Assembly (NCBI GenBank): GCA_951804945.1
Contig: OX638153.1
Span: 46,066,001-46,130,000 of the forward strand
Source: Podarcis cretensis
Lineage: Eukaryota
Direction of reading: 5' to 3'
Length of the DNA stretch: 64,000 bases
The position numbers and the translations under genes were made by a program. The notes beneath the pieces were generated by a model. It was not told the DNA's origin, did not search any database, and worked only from the letters and a program-made list of their open reading frames with translations. This document shows, in pieces, positions 1 through 12,140 of this stretch (the first letter of the stretch is position 1; each line of letters opens with the position of its first letter).

Positions 1-138
1 TTTGGAACAGCATATATATCATGCAAAAATACCATTCTCTATGATTTAGCTGACATCATTTGGTTCATCATGACTGGCATGTCTTCTCTTTTTCTGTCAA
101 TGCCTAATTTTTCACTTCCATGTACTCGCTTCTACTGA

Positions 139-315
<177 letters not shown>

Positions 316-449
316 TAATGAGGCAATTTGTTGAGTTGAGCATGGGCTTTGGTACAACATCTGCACAGCATTATTGTGGTCTAAATTTGTCATGTTGGTG
401 GAGCTGCCCACTTAACATCACAATGGGGGGAGGTATTGGTTTATTCTAG

Positions 450-540
450 TTCCTATTTTTGTTATGGATTTTGTTTTGTTTTTATCTTGTATTTTTATGT
501 TGGGAACCACCCTGAGAACTATGGATGAAGGGTGGTATAC

Positions 541-585
<45 letters not shown>
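450..585 (+). mobile_element. L2-type LINE 3' terminus with (AAT)n tail
   Basis: gaaccaccctgagaactatggatgaagggtggtatac + (AAT)15; related to the inverted copy at ~8343-8575. Confidence 0.65.
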
Positions 586-625
<40 letters not shown>

Positions 626-935
626 TTGCCCATTTGACTGGGTTGCCCCAACCACTCCAGGCAGCTTCCAACATAATAAAAGCACAGCAAAACATCAAAC
701 ATCAAAGAACAGGGATTCCTGCAGATGCGTTCAGAAAGTGGTGTAGTTGTTAATCTCTTTTACATCTGATTGGGAAGCTGGTGGGTGCCAGTGCTGAGAA
801 GGCCCTCTGTCTGGTTCCCTGTAACTTCACTTCTTCCAGTGAGAGAACCACCTGAATACCCTTGGAGCTTGACCTCAGTGTCTGGGCAGAATGATGTGGG
901 TGGAGACACTCCAGGTATACAGGGCCAAGGCTGCT
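586..935 (-). mobile_element. L2 LINE 3' fragment
   Basis: Minus-strand peptide LGPVYLECLHPHHSAQTLRSSS...GTRQRAFS resembles the L2 ORF2 C-terminus; homologous to 37947-38470; (TAA)n tail. Confidence 0.8.
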
Positions 936-2317
936 GCATGATGGACCCATATTTTATGTCAAATGGCATAAAATAACTTGTCTAAGTATGCATGTCAGTT
1001 ATCTACTGTCTTGAAAAATCAGGTTTTGCTTGTTTGTTGTTGTTTTAAAAAATGAAGTATATCTTTACAGTGCAATCCTATGTATGTCTACTTAGAAGTA
1101 GAACCCATTGAATTCAGTGAACAGCAAAACCAGGCTTTCTTGACACCCTACTTTGGACAGTGTATAGCTTGTGACACCATAGCAAGGGAAAAAGTCGAAC
1201 ATTCCCTGAGGCAGCCTATATTTACAGTTGCTATGTATATCACTATCTCAGAAGCATCACTGTTCCCCAGAAAGCAAAGTCTCCTCCTCAAGCCCAGACT
1301 AGAAAAATAACAGAGGGCAGAATAACTAACCTACTGAGAGAAACTGGGGGTGGAGGCAGAACGTTTGCCAGTTGTTGCAGATCAAAAAAATACCTAGAAT
1401 ATTTTCCAAGTGGAAGACTGACATGTGCCTCCAGTTTTAATCTGGAAACAAAACCCCTGTACTTCAGGTATCAAATATTTGGGCAAGCTTTGTTTGGAAT
1501 GTTTACCTGCTTGCTGTGTGCCATTCTTAAGCAAATAGGTTTTGAGGGTCAGTATGAAAAGTCAGGTGAGCTGAATACCAATCAGCCTGCTCTGTGTGTT
1601 CTATCGCATTTCAACAATTTAGTATAATTTGCCAAGGTCTTTCAGGTTCACTGCTATAGTATAGATGGTTTAGTCTCAACTCTCAGCTGCTCACAGGAAG
1701 TGGTAGAGAAGTTACCTTGGATATTTGCTGGTTAGGTTAGGCTTAAGCTTTTTTGTTTGTTTGTGCTACTCATGACCCACTTATCTTCTGGGGCACAATT
1801 CATATCCTCTTAAATATGAGCAGTACCAGCCCAACAATGATCAACATGCATTCCATTAATGTAACTTGTCTTTTTAGTATAGTATTTCAGGGCATTGTAA
1901 GTTACCCATGGGCAAGACAAATAATAGTAACGGTGTCATTTTGCATTAGTGTGAAAACAGGGAGCTGTTTTGTGTATTTATGTTTTTATGTAGCATTACA
2001 TGCTCAGAAACATGGAGAAAGGCTCTCAGCGGGCTACAGGTAATCTGCGGGAGAAGTCACTGGCTTCACAGGGAATAACCCAGATTCAGCATGCTGACAA
2101 TACTTCAAAACAAAGTGCAGGCAATTTACCTTTCGAAATGCCCTGCATCGTGCAAGAAATGTCAACTGCAAGAGACTTTCTACATTCTTCATAGGAATTG
2201 TTTATAGGAAACTTGAAAATATGTTCAAATATTTGCCTACCTCTTTCCCTTGTAAGCTAGTATTTTGATGGCAACCCCACCAGAAGAAGTGCAGCTTGTA
2301 TTAAGTATTGAGAGAAA

Positions 2318-2492
2318 AGGCAGCTCAGTAGAATGCAGAATGTCAAAGGTTTGATCCCAGGCGTCTTCAGATAGGGACTGGAGAAAATGTTGTGGCCTAA
2401 AACCCTGGAAAGCCACTGCCAGACTGTAGACAATACTGAGATAGCTGAACCCACAGTCAGACCCAGTATAAGGTAGCTTCCTGTGTCCCTAT
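2318..2492 (+). mobile_element. tRNA-derived SINE, Squam3-like, degenerate
   Basis: cagctcagt (A-box like), ggtttgatccc (B-box like), body ctgccagactgtagacaatactgag...agtataaggtagcttcct; related copies elsewhere in window. Confidence 0.65.
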
Positions 2493-3298
2493 TATGCACT
2501 CAGAAAAATAAAGGAGACTCTGCAGGATGCACAGATAAGGTCCTCATACGCAATAATTTATCTTATTTTCTAACAGTTAACATTCTCTTATACCGCAAAG
2601 CTCATAGTAGTTAAATCATGCATATACTGTACTAACTCCACCCCAAAAGAACCCCCGTGTGTGTATGTGTGTTGCTGTGATCCACAACAAATTCCCAGCA
2701 TGCTAATTAGCAGCCCAATTCACAATATTTAGATTTCAGCCAATTGAGTCTCATTGGAATCAATGGGTTTGAAACAAAGTTTAATCATACGCTTTAGTTT
2801 CCCAGGCAGCAGAATCACTATTGTGGAAGGATGGAATGAGACATAAACACTGTAATGGTGGCTATGTTCACATCAGTGGCTTATAAGACAGCAAAGTCCT
2901 CCCCCCCTCCCCCCGCTGAATTTCAAGCTGCATTTGCATGGTGTTGTTTACATCAAAGAGGGGGCAGGGAAGTCTTCTCCTGATGCACCTGACCTTTTTG
3001 GCTTCCCTGCCCCTGCAACCCCCCTGGAACTCCTATTCGTGAAGCTGCTGTTTGCGCATGTGTAGCAGCTGTCAATACAAAGCGACTGCAGCTTAGGTTT
3101 TCTAGTCAGATTGAATCTGGTTTGAGAGGAAAAGTACATCAGACAGCAGTTGTTGTTGATAAACTACAGGGTCTATATGATTGTGGTTAAAGTTGTGTGA
3201 ATGCAGCTTTAAAAACTAGCAGTGGGAGTGCACTGGATGTGGAATAAGTGGTAATGCGAACACACCCAGTATTACATGATGGCAATTCACATTTTTAC

Positions 3299-3669
3299 CC
3301 ACAGCGCGGGTGGCGCTGTGGGTAAAAGCCTCAGCGCCTAGGGCTTGCTGATCGAAAGGTCGGCGGTTCGAATCCCCGCGGCGGGGTGCGCTCCCGCTGT
3401 TCGGTCCCAGCGCCTGCCAACCTAGCAGTTCGAAAGCACCCCCGGGTGCAAGTAGATAAATAGGGACCGCTTACTGGCGGGAAGGTAAACGGCGTTTCCG
3501 TGTGCGGCTCTGGCTCGCCAGAGCAGCGATGTCACGCTGGCCACGTGACCCGGAAGTGTCTCCGGACAGCGCTGGCCCTCGGCCTCTTGAGTGAGATGGG
3601 CACACAAGCCCAGAGTCTGTCAAGACTGGCCCGTACGGGCAGGGGTACCTTTACCTTTACCTTTACCTT
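3299..3669 (+). mobile_element. Sauria SINE (Squam1), full length, young
   Basis: tRNA head GGTGGCGCTGTGG...GGTTCGAATCCC, (ACCTTT)n tail, 15-bp TSD aattcacatttttac (3284-3298 / 3670-3684), CpGs intact. Confidence 0.93.
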
Positions 3670-4531
3670 AATTCACATTTTTACTAATCATACAGAGTCT
3701 TCTTCTACATTTCCCTATTGAAGGATGCAAGAATCTATTATCAAATGAAATGCAGTGCAGAGCATTGAATCTTTCCTTTGTTTCTTCGGATTCTTCAAAC
3801 AGAACCCGGTTTTTCTTGACTTTTGGAAAAATGAATCTCCAGAACTACTGATCAGTGACATCCAGTTCTATCTAGCTACTCCTCCATTGCTAACAGTGGA
3901 GTAGGAAATGGTTTTTTTTTTTAATTTTTATTATAACTTGTATACTGCTCTTCATCCTTTCTGTTGCATTGTGGAGGTTGATTTTGAGGGAATGATGTTG
4001 CTGTTTTGCTCACACTACCTGTGTGTTAGTATCTGCAAGCCTTAAGTTATTCTTCAACCTGTATATTTTCAGGTTATTAGAAAGATGCCATAAGTCTCCA
4101 GTGTTCTTTCCATGAAAATGGTTCCTAAAGGCTGGTTAGAACTTCCTTGGGGAAGGTTTGGGGAAGGAAAACTATTGGAAGATGTAGTCTTGGCACAAAG
4201 GACGGTGACCAAAATTATTTATTTAAAACAAACTCAAACAAACATGAGGAAAACCACACCAAAGATCCATGTCCCTAGCTGCCCCAGTCTTGGTTCTAAA
4301 GCTATTGGGTGAAACTTTGACTGAAACTGTTGCAAACCTAGGTGGACTGGTACAAAATATAGACTGGACTCCCCAGCATTACAAATTGGAAACAATAAAT
4401 TGAATATCTCAAGCCTATATAAATAGAACATGAAAATGGTAGCTAAATCCCCAAGGTTACAAGCGACCAGTCTTGGAGATAATAAAGTTTTTTCCTATAC
4501 CAATCCCCAAATCCCCATCCTAGAGCAATAA

Positions 4532-4891
<360 letters not shown>

Positions 4892-5055
4892 CAAATTATG
4901 CTATCATGCTCTGCATCTAAACTGAGACCTACTCCCGTAGTAGAATGTAATATCAACCCTGTCTGACAGTATTCTAATTAGGGAGCTTTTATTATAGAAT
5001 ATCTTGGGATTCCACTACTTAATGTTAGATTTATATTCTCATCTGAAAAATGTGG

Positions 5056-5061
5056 AATAAA
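5056..5061 (+). terminator. Candidate proximal polyadenylation signal of CPXM2 (alternative AATAAA at 6682-6687)
   Basis: AATAAA ~165 nt after the stop codon; usage not provable from sequence. Confidence 0.4.
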
Positions 5062-6321
5062 ATATTGTCTTCTAAAAAGATCTGATGCGTAACAATTGCA
5101 TGTATCCTCTGACCCAGAGGAGAGGCTTTATAACCAGAAGAAATTTCACAAATACACAACCTCAGACCATGTACTTCCTTGAAACCATTGAACTAAAGAT
5201 TCTGTGAATACAAGGATTGGGTTTGGGGTTGGAAATGAGACTTCAAGATTCAGCACTGAAATACTTTTAAGCTGGGAGACAGAATTCAGATTCTGTCCAA
5301 GATACTATCTGTTGCACCTGTTCTGTCATTAATCCAACAAACAAAATGCAAAAGTGAACAAAGATGTCTAAAGCAAAAGCAATTAAAATGGTGCCCATTT
5401 TTCATGGAGGAATGAAACATTAGATCGGGGTGGGTTCTTTCAAGAGTTATTTCAGATACCACCTTTGTGGTGCCAGATCAGTCCAACTTGGGGCCATGTT
5501 GGAACAGATTTCAGCATGATGTCATGAAGGCAACAGCTTGGTGGGCAAATAGCTCTGCAAAAGTGACCACTGAGCTTCACTTCTTACCCATCACCAGTCA
5601 CCATACTGTTGTTGAATATTTAACAAATGCACCACCCTTGCAAATGTGTTAAAAGTGACCTCAATATTTGGTCTCACTATAAAGTTAACATCATCTTTAA
5701 ACTAGTGTTCCATATTCTTGCTACTTCCAGGTTCACTGGACAAGTGAGAAGGAGAAATCTTTAGCAGATAGAATACCAGGGAAACTTCCATTCTCTAACA
5801 TTAATAGTAGCTTGAGTATCCTCCTAGTGATTTGCGGGACATAAACTAGTTAAAATGATTGAAAAGCAGGCTTCTTTATAGTTAGATTGTGATGGGCCAG
5901 AAAGATGAGGAGGTTTGGAGCACAGCAACTGGGCCCTGAATCAAGACATCGCTGCCATGAACTCAACAGGTGAGCTTAGAAAATTGATTCTTTTTCATCT
6001 CTGCATCACACCTGCAACACAGAAATAACAGTATTTACCTGCCTTGCAGAGATATAAGGATAATGTATGTGAAAACGGTGTGTTGCTACTGTCTTTATAA
6101 ATGAATGAGATCAGCTTGTAAAACAACCAACCAGTCAGTACTGGACATTTTCTTCAACTTGTGTAACTTGATGTAAGCTTGTATCAGTTATATAGGGTTT
6201 GAACATTATTATGCCATTCAATGGCAGAACCTCAACTCTTCTCTTATGTCTGAAAATAAGCCAGTTGTGTCACATATAGAATCATGCATGGCAACAAGAC
6301 TTTACTGAGCCCTCCTAAGTA

Positions 6322-6563
6322 CAGTGGTACCTCGGGTTAAGAACTTAATTCATTCTGGAGGTCCATTATTAACCTGAAACTGTTCTTAACCTGAGGTACC
6401 ACTTTAGCTAATGGGGCCTCCTGCTGCCGCTGCGCCCCCTCCGTGTGATTTCTGTTCTCATCCTGAAGCCAAGTTCTTAACCCGAGGTACTATTTCTGGG
6501 TTGGCGGAGTCTGTAACCTGAAGCGTCTGTAACCTGAAGCGTCTGTAACCCGAGGTACTACTG
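6322..6563. mobile_element. Tc1/mariner (Tigger-like) MITE
   Basis: TA TSDs; TIR CAGTGGTACCTCGGGTTA / TAACCCGAGGTACTACTG; internal 15-bp tandem gtctgtaacctgaagc; second copy at 52886-53126. Confidence 0.9.
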
Positions 6564-6924
6564 TACACTGTTTGTTAACCGATATGATTTTTAATTGCAG
6601 TGGTTGTCTTACTCAGTATATACTTGTGAGACGTGTAAAAAAATAATAATGATTGTCTCAGTCACATTCAGAACTAAAGAAAATAAAACTGCTGCAAGTA
6701 GGAAATTGACAGTGGATGTGCAACATACTTGTTATGTTCAATTTATTAACACTAACCAACATATCCTCTGTGATGAACAGAAGCCACAAAATGTGCAGAG
6801 TGACTAAGTCTCATTAAAAGCAAGCAGCACGTACATTCCAACCACTGCAAATCTTCACGCTGCAGCCAACTGATGATAGTGCTTGCTTACAGGTAATGAG
6901 GCTGAAGAATGTGTGCATGTATGT

Positions 6925-7040
6925 CATAGGATCACAAAATTGTAGAGGTGGAAGGGATCCTAAGGGGCATCTATTCCAACCCCTCGCCGTGCAGGAATCT
7001 CAACGAAAGCATCTATGACAGATGGGCATCCAACCTCTGC
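6925..7040 (-). mobile_element. CR1 LINE 3' end
   Basis: Reverse complement of the CR1 terminus (gacccttcca...ctacaattttgtgatcctatga). Confidence 0.7.
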
Positions 7041-8342
7041 TGTGTGTATGTGTGCATCATGATACCAGCACAAAGCATTGATTATGTAGGGCACATATAT
7101 ACAAATTCCATTTCTTTCCCTTTAGATTACAAGGAAACGGGAAGCTTAAAAAAAGGATTGTCTTCCCTTTCATATATTACTGCATGGTGAACATACCTTA
7201 TACCAGGTGAGTATTTTTGTCAAGCAACACCAATGTTGTCTGCTGCTGACTAGTTGTGGCTTTGCAGGACTTCACATCACCAGCTACCTACTCCTTTTAA
7301 CTGAAGATACCAGGGATTGAATCTAGAACCAGTGCTGGATATAGGGTTGTGTGGGGAAGGGGGTACAAAATTGAGAAGATCCATAATGGAGAAAATCCAT
7401 TTGGGTTGCCAAATTTTAGCCTTGCTCAGGGCACCATATTACCAAAGGTTACCAAACTACACCCCTGCTGGGACCTTGTGTATGTGCTGGACCACTGAGT
7501 GACGATGCCATCCCAAAAGGATTATCTTTATACAAAATAACTGTGCTCTCCATAATGGATGGCATCTATTAGGGCTGTGAATTGGGATCCCAGATCCCAA
7601 ATGAAATCAGACAGGTTTGGGTCAATCCATGGGTTGGCTGGAGCAGGTTGAGACAGCCTTGGATCACAGCAGGTCCACCTGGGGAGATCTTCTCCCCCAG
7701 CCTTCTCAACAACTCATTATATGCATGAAACTTCCCCTAGTCCCACTGACTTCTCACTGGGGTTGCCGGCTTTTCAACTGGCATCCATAGCTGTGCCTTT
7801 AATGAGAGTGTAACATAATCCCCTGGCCACATCAGGGTACTATCAAGCACTGTTCCTACCTCCTGGTCAGTTGTCAATCCTAACTTCCAGTAGTGCATAT
7901 AGTGAAAATGTTCCCAACACTCCATATCTCTCTCCCTAAGCCCTCTGCTTGTCCGAGAAAGCATGCTCACATGACTGATACAGAGCAGAACTGCCACCTT
8001 CTAAGGAGGCAGCAGGACAGAAAAAATGGTGGGTTGCTAAGGAACAGCCACCATGCTCTCCCAGAAGACTGTTCATGATGGCTTAATTTTAATCTCTCCT
8101 CTAACAACCAAGTAGCAAGTGGCATGTCCTGTGAACCAGAAGAGATTTGGCACAGGAGGAGCAGATAGAGGAACTGCTGGGCACTGACCAATGAATTGCA
8201 GAAGATTGGAATGGTTGTTGTGGTAATTAAACATGTGGTCAGAAGTGGGAAGTACATCTCTCCCCCCTGAAAAAAAATTTGACTGCATGACTGTGCAAAT
8301 CCCTCATATTTGTTTGGGTCTTGGATCTCTCCTGCATCACCA

Positions 8343-8575
8343 TTATTATTTTTTAAATTTGTATATCGCCCTTCATCCGAAGATCTCAGCACAGTTCACA
8401 ACTGAAAAAACAAACAAAATGGGAATACAAAATACATTATAAAATAAAAACAAACCGATAAACCCATTCCCACAAGCACATTTAAAAGGACATGGAATGA
8501 TAATCAGCCAAAGGCCTGGTTATAGAGAAACATTTTCTCCTGGCACCTAAAGATATGTAATGAAGGTGCCAGAAT
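8343..8575 (-). mobile_element. L2-type LINE 3' fragment
   Basis: ttattattt...tgtatatcgcccttcatccgaagatctcagcacagttcaca, same terminus as 450-585 in reverse. Confidence 0.65.
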
Positions 8576-9728
8576 TTCCAGAATTTCCTAGACATACCCA
8601 GAATACTGCAGTTGGAAGCAGTGTCCTGTTGGAAATCGGCAAAATGTTTTGGAAAATCCAGATATATGGCAACCCATGTCGGTAATGTCACTTTGGTCGT
8701 CCCCCACCCCCACCCCCAATAGCTGAAAAACATAATTTTTTGTAATTTTGCCAAGAAAGCTCAACAACATCTGTGTCTGGATTTTCATTTCTTGGGATAT
8801 GGCAATCCTAATGTAGACCAAAGCATAGAGTTTAAATCTTTTAAGTACAATACTGTCTTATGAAGTACCCATGTGGGTAGGTGCTTTTTGTGTAGTTTTT
8901 GTCATATATGAATCATTCTGAAGCCCTGGCAGAATAAGACAATGCTTTTGTTAAGTGGATCTCAGTTCTCAGGATTAGGGACTTAAGGCACAGTTTTGTT
9001 CTGTACATAATGTAAATTATTGTATTGATATTTCATGAAAAGGCTGGAATCTGGAATAGGATTGTTCCACTTTGCTTTGACACAGCAAGAGAGTTTCTGA
9101 GCAATAAAACTGTGCCCAGAGGCAGTGAATCCATCACGTTTAATGCAATCTTGTGGCGGTTCAGCTATGAGTCAAAAATTCAAAATGTCCAAAGACTTGC
9201 TCTCATTCAGGCATATACTTCGTCACCTGAATTGACTAGCATTTGTCAGGATGTATTATTGCTTGACGTCACTCTAGGTTTTGAATTAGATATTTATAGA
9301 AGAGTGTGGTGTGCGAATTTTGATTTATCTACAAGTGGCTGCTTAATCCACTTCTGCTTGTTGCTCTGATCTGCTAGAATGGCTAGATCTACTGTGAATC
9401 TGTTGATGGCTCTTGCTGAAGGAAAGGTATGTTTGTGTTCTGTAAATCTAAGACTGTTTTCAGTTTTACCTCATCCGCTGACTCAAGATAAGCAGGGGGA
9501 ATTGAAAACTGGGACTCTAGAGGATGACACCCTATTTACACTAATGGGTGAACTTTCAATTATTATTTTTACTGAAAGTGGCATCCCTTTTGCTACGTAG
9601 GCCAAACCTCAGAGGCTCTTTCAATTTTTCACCTCACAAAAGGGGCCTTTTCCTCCTTTCCTTACTCCTACATACAAAATAAGTCTATATTTGCTCTCTC
9701 TGCCTAGTGCCACTTTGTGGAGTACTTT

Positions 9729-9932
9729 AGGAACAACTTTCTGATGGTAAGAGTTGTTTGACAGTGGAACAGACTACTTTGGAAGGTAGTGGGACTTTCA
9801 TTCACTGGAGCTTTTTAAACAGAGGTTGAATGACCACCTGCCAGGGATTATTTAGCTGTGATTCTTGAATTGCACGGGGGTGGACTAGATGACCCTTTGG
9901 TCCCTTTCCAACCATACAATTCTATGATTCTA
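9729..9932 (+). mobile_element. CR1 LINE 3' fragment
   Basis: aactttctgatggtaagag...cagtggaacagact...ggactagatgaccc...ttccaacc, ending in attctatgattcta octamer tail. Confidence 0.85.
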
Positions 9933-11418
9933 TTATAAGAAGCAATGCAAATACAATTAAAAACCATCCAGCATCCAGCCCAATGCACAACAATTTTCAA
10001 GTGATCTATGGTAAAAAAATCTTTAGAAGCTGGCTCATGAGTGCACATAAAATTCCTTTCTAGCCCCATCAGCCAAGTCGTGCAGCCACAGCAGTGTCTA
10101 GAGGATCACTGAGTGCTGGGAGGGGTGCAGAGAGCACAACTGGATGCCTTCATCTACCACAACTGCAGCAAAACATGTCTCTCACATATCGGTCTCTACA
10201 GCCACAGCAGGTACTGTAGCTCTTCAACAGTTTGACTTCAGCCCTGAAGTAGCACTTTGCCATTGTCTCCCAAAACTGATGAATGGCAACCAAAGTCCCA
10301 CCAACCAGTGGTGCTAACCTTTGTCCATAGAAATGACAAACATGGTTGGGCGGAGAAGTCAATTACTCCAATGCTAGAATTCTAGATAAGGCCAGTAGTG
10401 GACAGCATGGTGGGGCGGTGGGACTTACCTGACCTCCAGGTGGCTGAATTTCTGCTGCTTATCAGGAAAGAGAGGCAAGGGGATGGCCATTGGCGAGGTT
10501 AGCACAGTGCAAACACAGCAGCAGAAATACTGGTTGGGCTCCACTTGTGTGTGTGCACTGCACTGACCTCCCTACCAACTTGGTCCTCTGCTTCTTCTCA
10601 GTAAGCGGTAGCAATTCTGTGCCCTGGTCAGGTGAGGGCAGCCCCATCACACCATCTGCTACTAGGTAAGGCCTCAGGGATAGCCTGGGAGTGAATCTTA
10701 AGGAAGAAGTTGCATCCACTCCAATGTCTCACCCCTAGAGGCCTTCCGGCACAGCCAATTTACTCTGGAGGAGAGGTATGACTTGGCAACAGATACCCTA
10801 GTTCATCACCAGCAGCACCAGGGACAGGATTATCTCCTCGTTCTTTTCCTCAACTGCCTCCCATGGTGAACACAATAAGGAACCCATGGAAAGCCAGGAC
10901 CAATAGTTTGATGTAAGTCAAGAAGTTCAGTTTGTGAATATGCTTAAACCCCAGGCATTAAAGTCAAATTATCTGTAAAGTACTTAACATTCCAATTTTT
11001 AAAGTGGAATATTCCTTTCAAATTGCCAGTAATTTCCAGAATCTTTTTCTGTGGATGAATTGCCTGCATTTTATTCCTGCACTTTGACTGCATACATTAA
11101 GCTCTGATTCAAAACAGATCTGCTATATTTGCAGGTAATCTAGATTCTAGACTATGGTTTGAGAATCAGTTAATGTGAACTGCCAGTGTAAAGACTATAG
11201 GGAATCCACAAAGCATTTAGATGTGACCGCTGTGGCATCTCATCTACTCTTGCTTACGTTGTTATGCTTCATTAAACCCATCAGTATACTTGGAGCCAAT
11301 AGGTTTGAGTGAGTCATAGGAAGCCTGAGGTATTATATAATTGGAATGTGCTGTGTTCTTCTCTTAATTGAATTTTTTTGCTGAGAATAAACAATATTTG
11401 TACTTCTAATACAGTCCT

Positions 11419-11786
11419 AGGGACGCAGGTGGCGCTGTGGGTTAAAGCCTCAGCGCCTAGGACTTGCCGATCGAAAGGTCGGCGGTTCGAATCCCTGCGG
11501 CGGGGTGTGCTCCCGCTGCTCGGTCCCAGCGCCTGCCAACCTAGCAGTTCGAAAGCACCTCCGGGTGCAAGTAGATAAATAGGGACCGCTTACCAGTGGG
11601 AAGGTAAACGGCGTTTCCGTGTGCGGCTCTGGCTCGCCAGAGCAGCGATGTCACGCTGGCCACGTGACCCGGAAGTGTCTCCGGACAGCGCTGGCCCCTG
11701 GCCTCTTAAGTGAGATGGGCGCACAACCCCAGCGTCTGTCAAGACTGGCCCGTACGGGCAGGGGTACCTTTACCTTTACCTTTACT
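11419..11786 (+). mobile_element. Sauria SINE (Squam1), full length, young
   Basis: Near-identical to 3299-3669; 12-bp TSD taatacagtcct (11407-11418 / 11787-11798). Confidence 0.93.
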
Positions 11787-12069
11787 TAATACAGTCCTGG
11801 GAAAACATTTTTTATATAATTGCATCAGGATCAGAGCTAATCAACTCAGATTTAATGAGAAGCACAGTAAGTCTTTTGTGGAGAAATTTGCATATTTGAA
11901 CCCACCTGAACCCCAGGCATTTGAAAACAGTGACACTTACTTCCTAGTAAACATGTTTTGCACTAGGAAGGACTGATCCTGAAGAGAGCATACCAAGTGT
12001 TCATGGAACAGAAAATTTAAGCTCTGGCCCCACCCCCCATTTCCTTATCTTTATCCAGCCTTCCCCTTC

Positions 12070-12140
12070 GCTGTGATTCCTGCACTGCAGGCAGTTGAGG
12101 TAGCCCCGGAGGTCCCTTCCAACTCTACAATTCTATGATT
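12070..12140 (+). mobile_element. CR1 3' terminus
   Basis: gattcctgcactgcagg...ggtcccttccaactctacaattctatgatt. Confidence 0.7.

Noticed and set aside
418-753. Poly-I / poly-N / poly-Y ORFs
   Set aside because: Translation artefacts of the (AAT)n/(ATT)n microsatellite; likewise near 22.3 kb and 37.95 kb.
3305-3380. tRNA gene-like A/B boxes
   Set aside because: This is the SINE head: it continues into the SINE body and tail within TSDs and forms no full cloverleaf.
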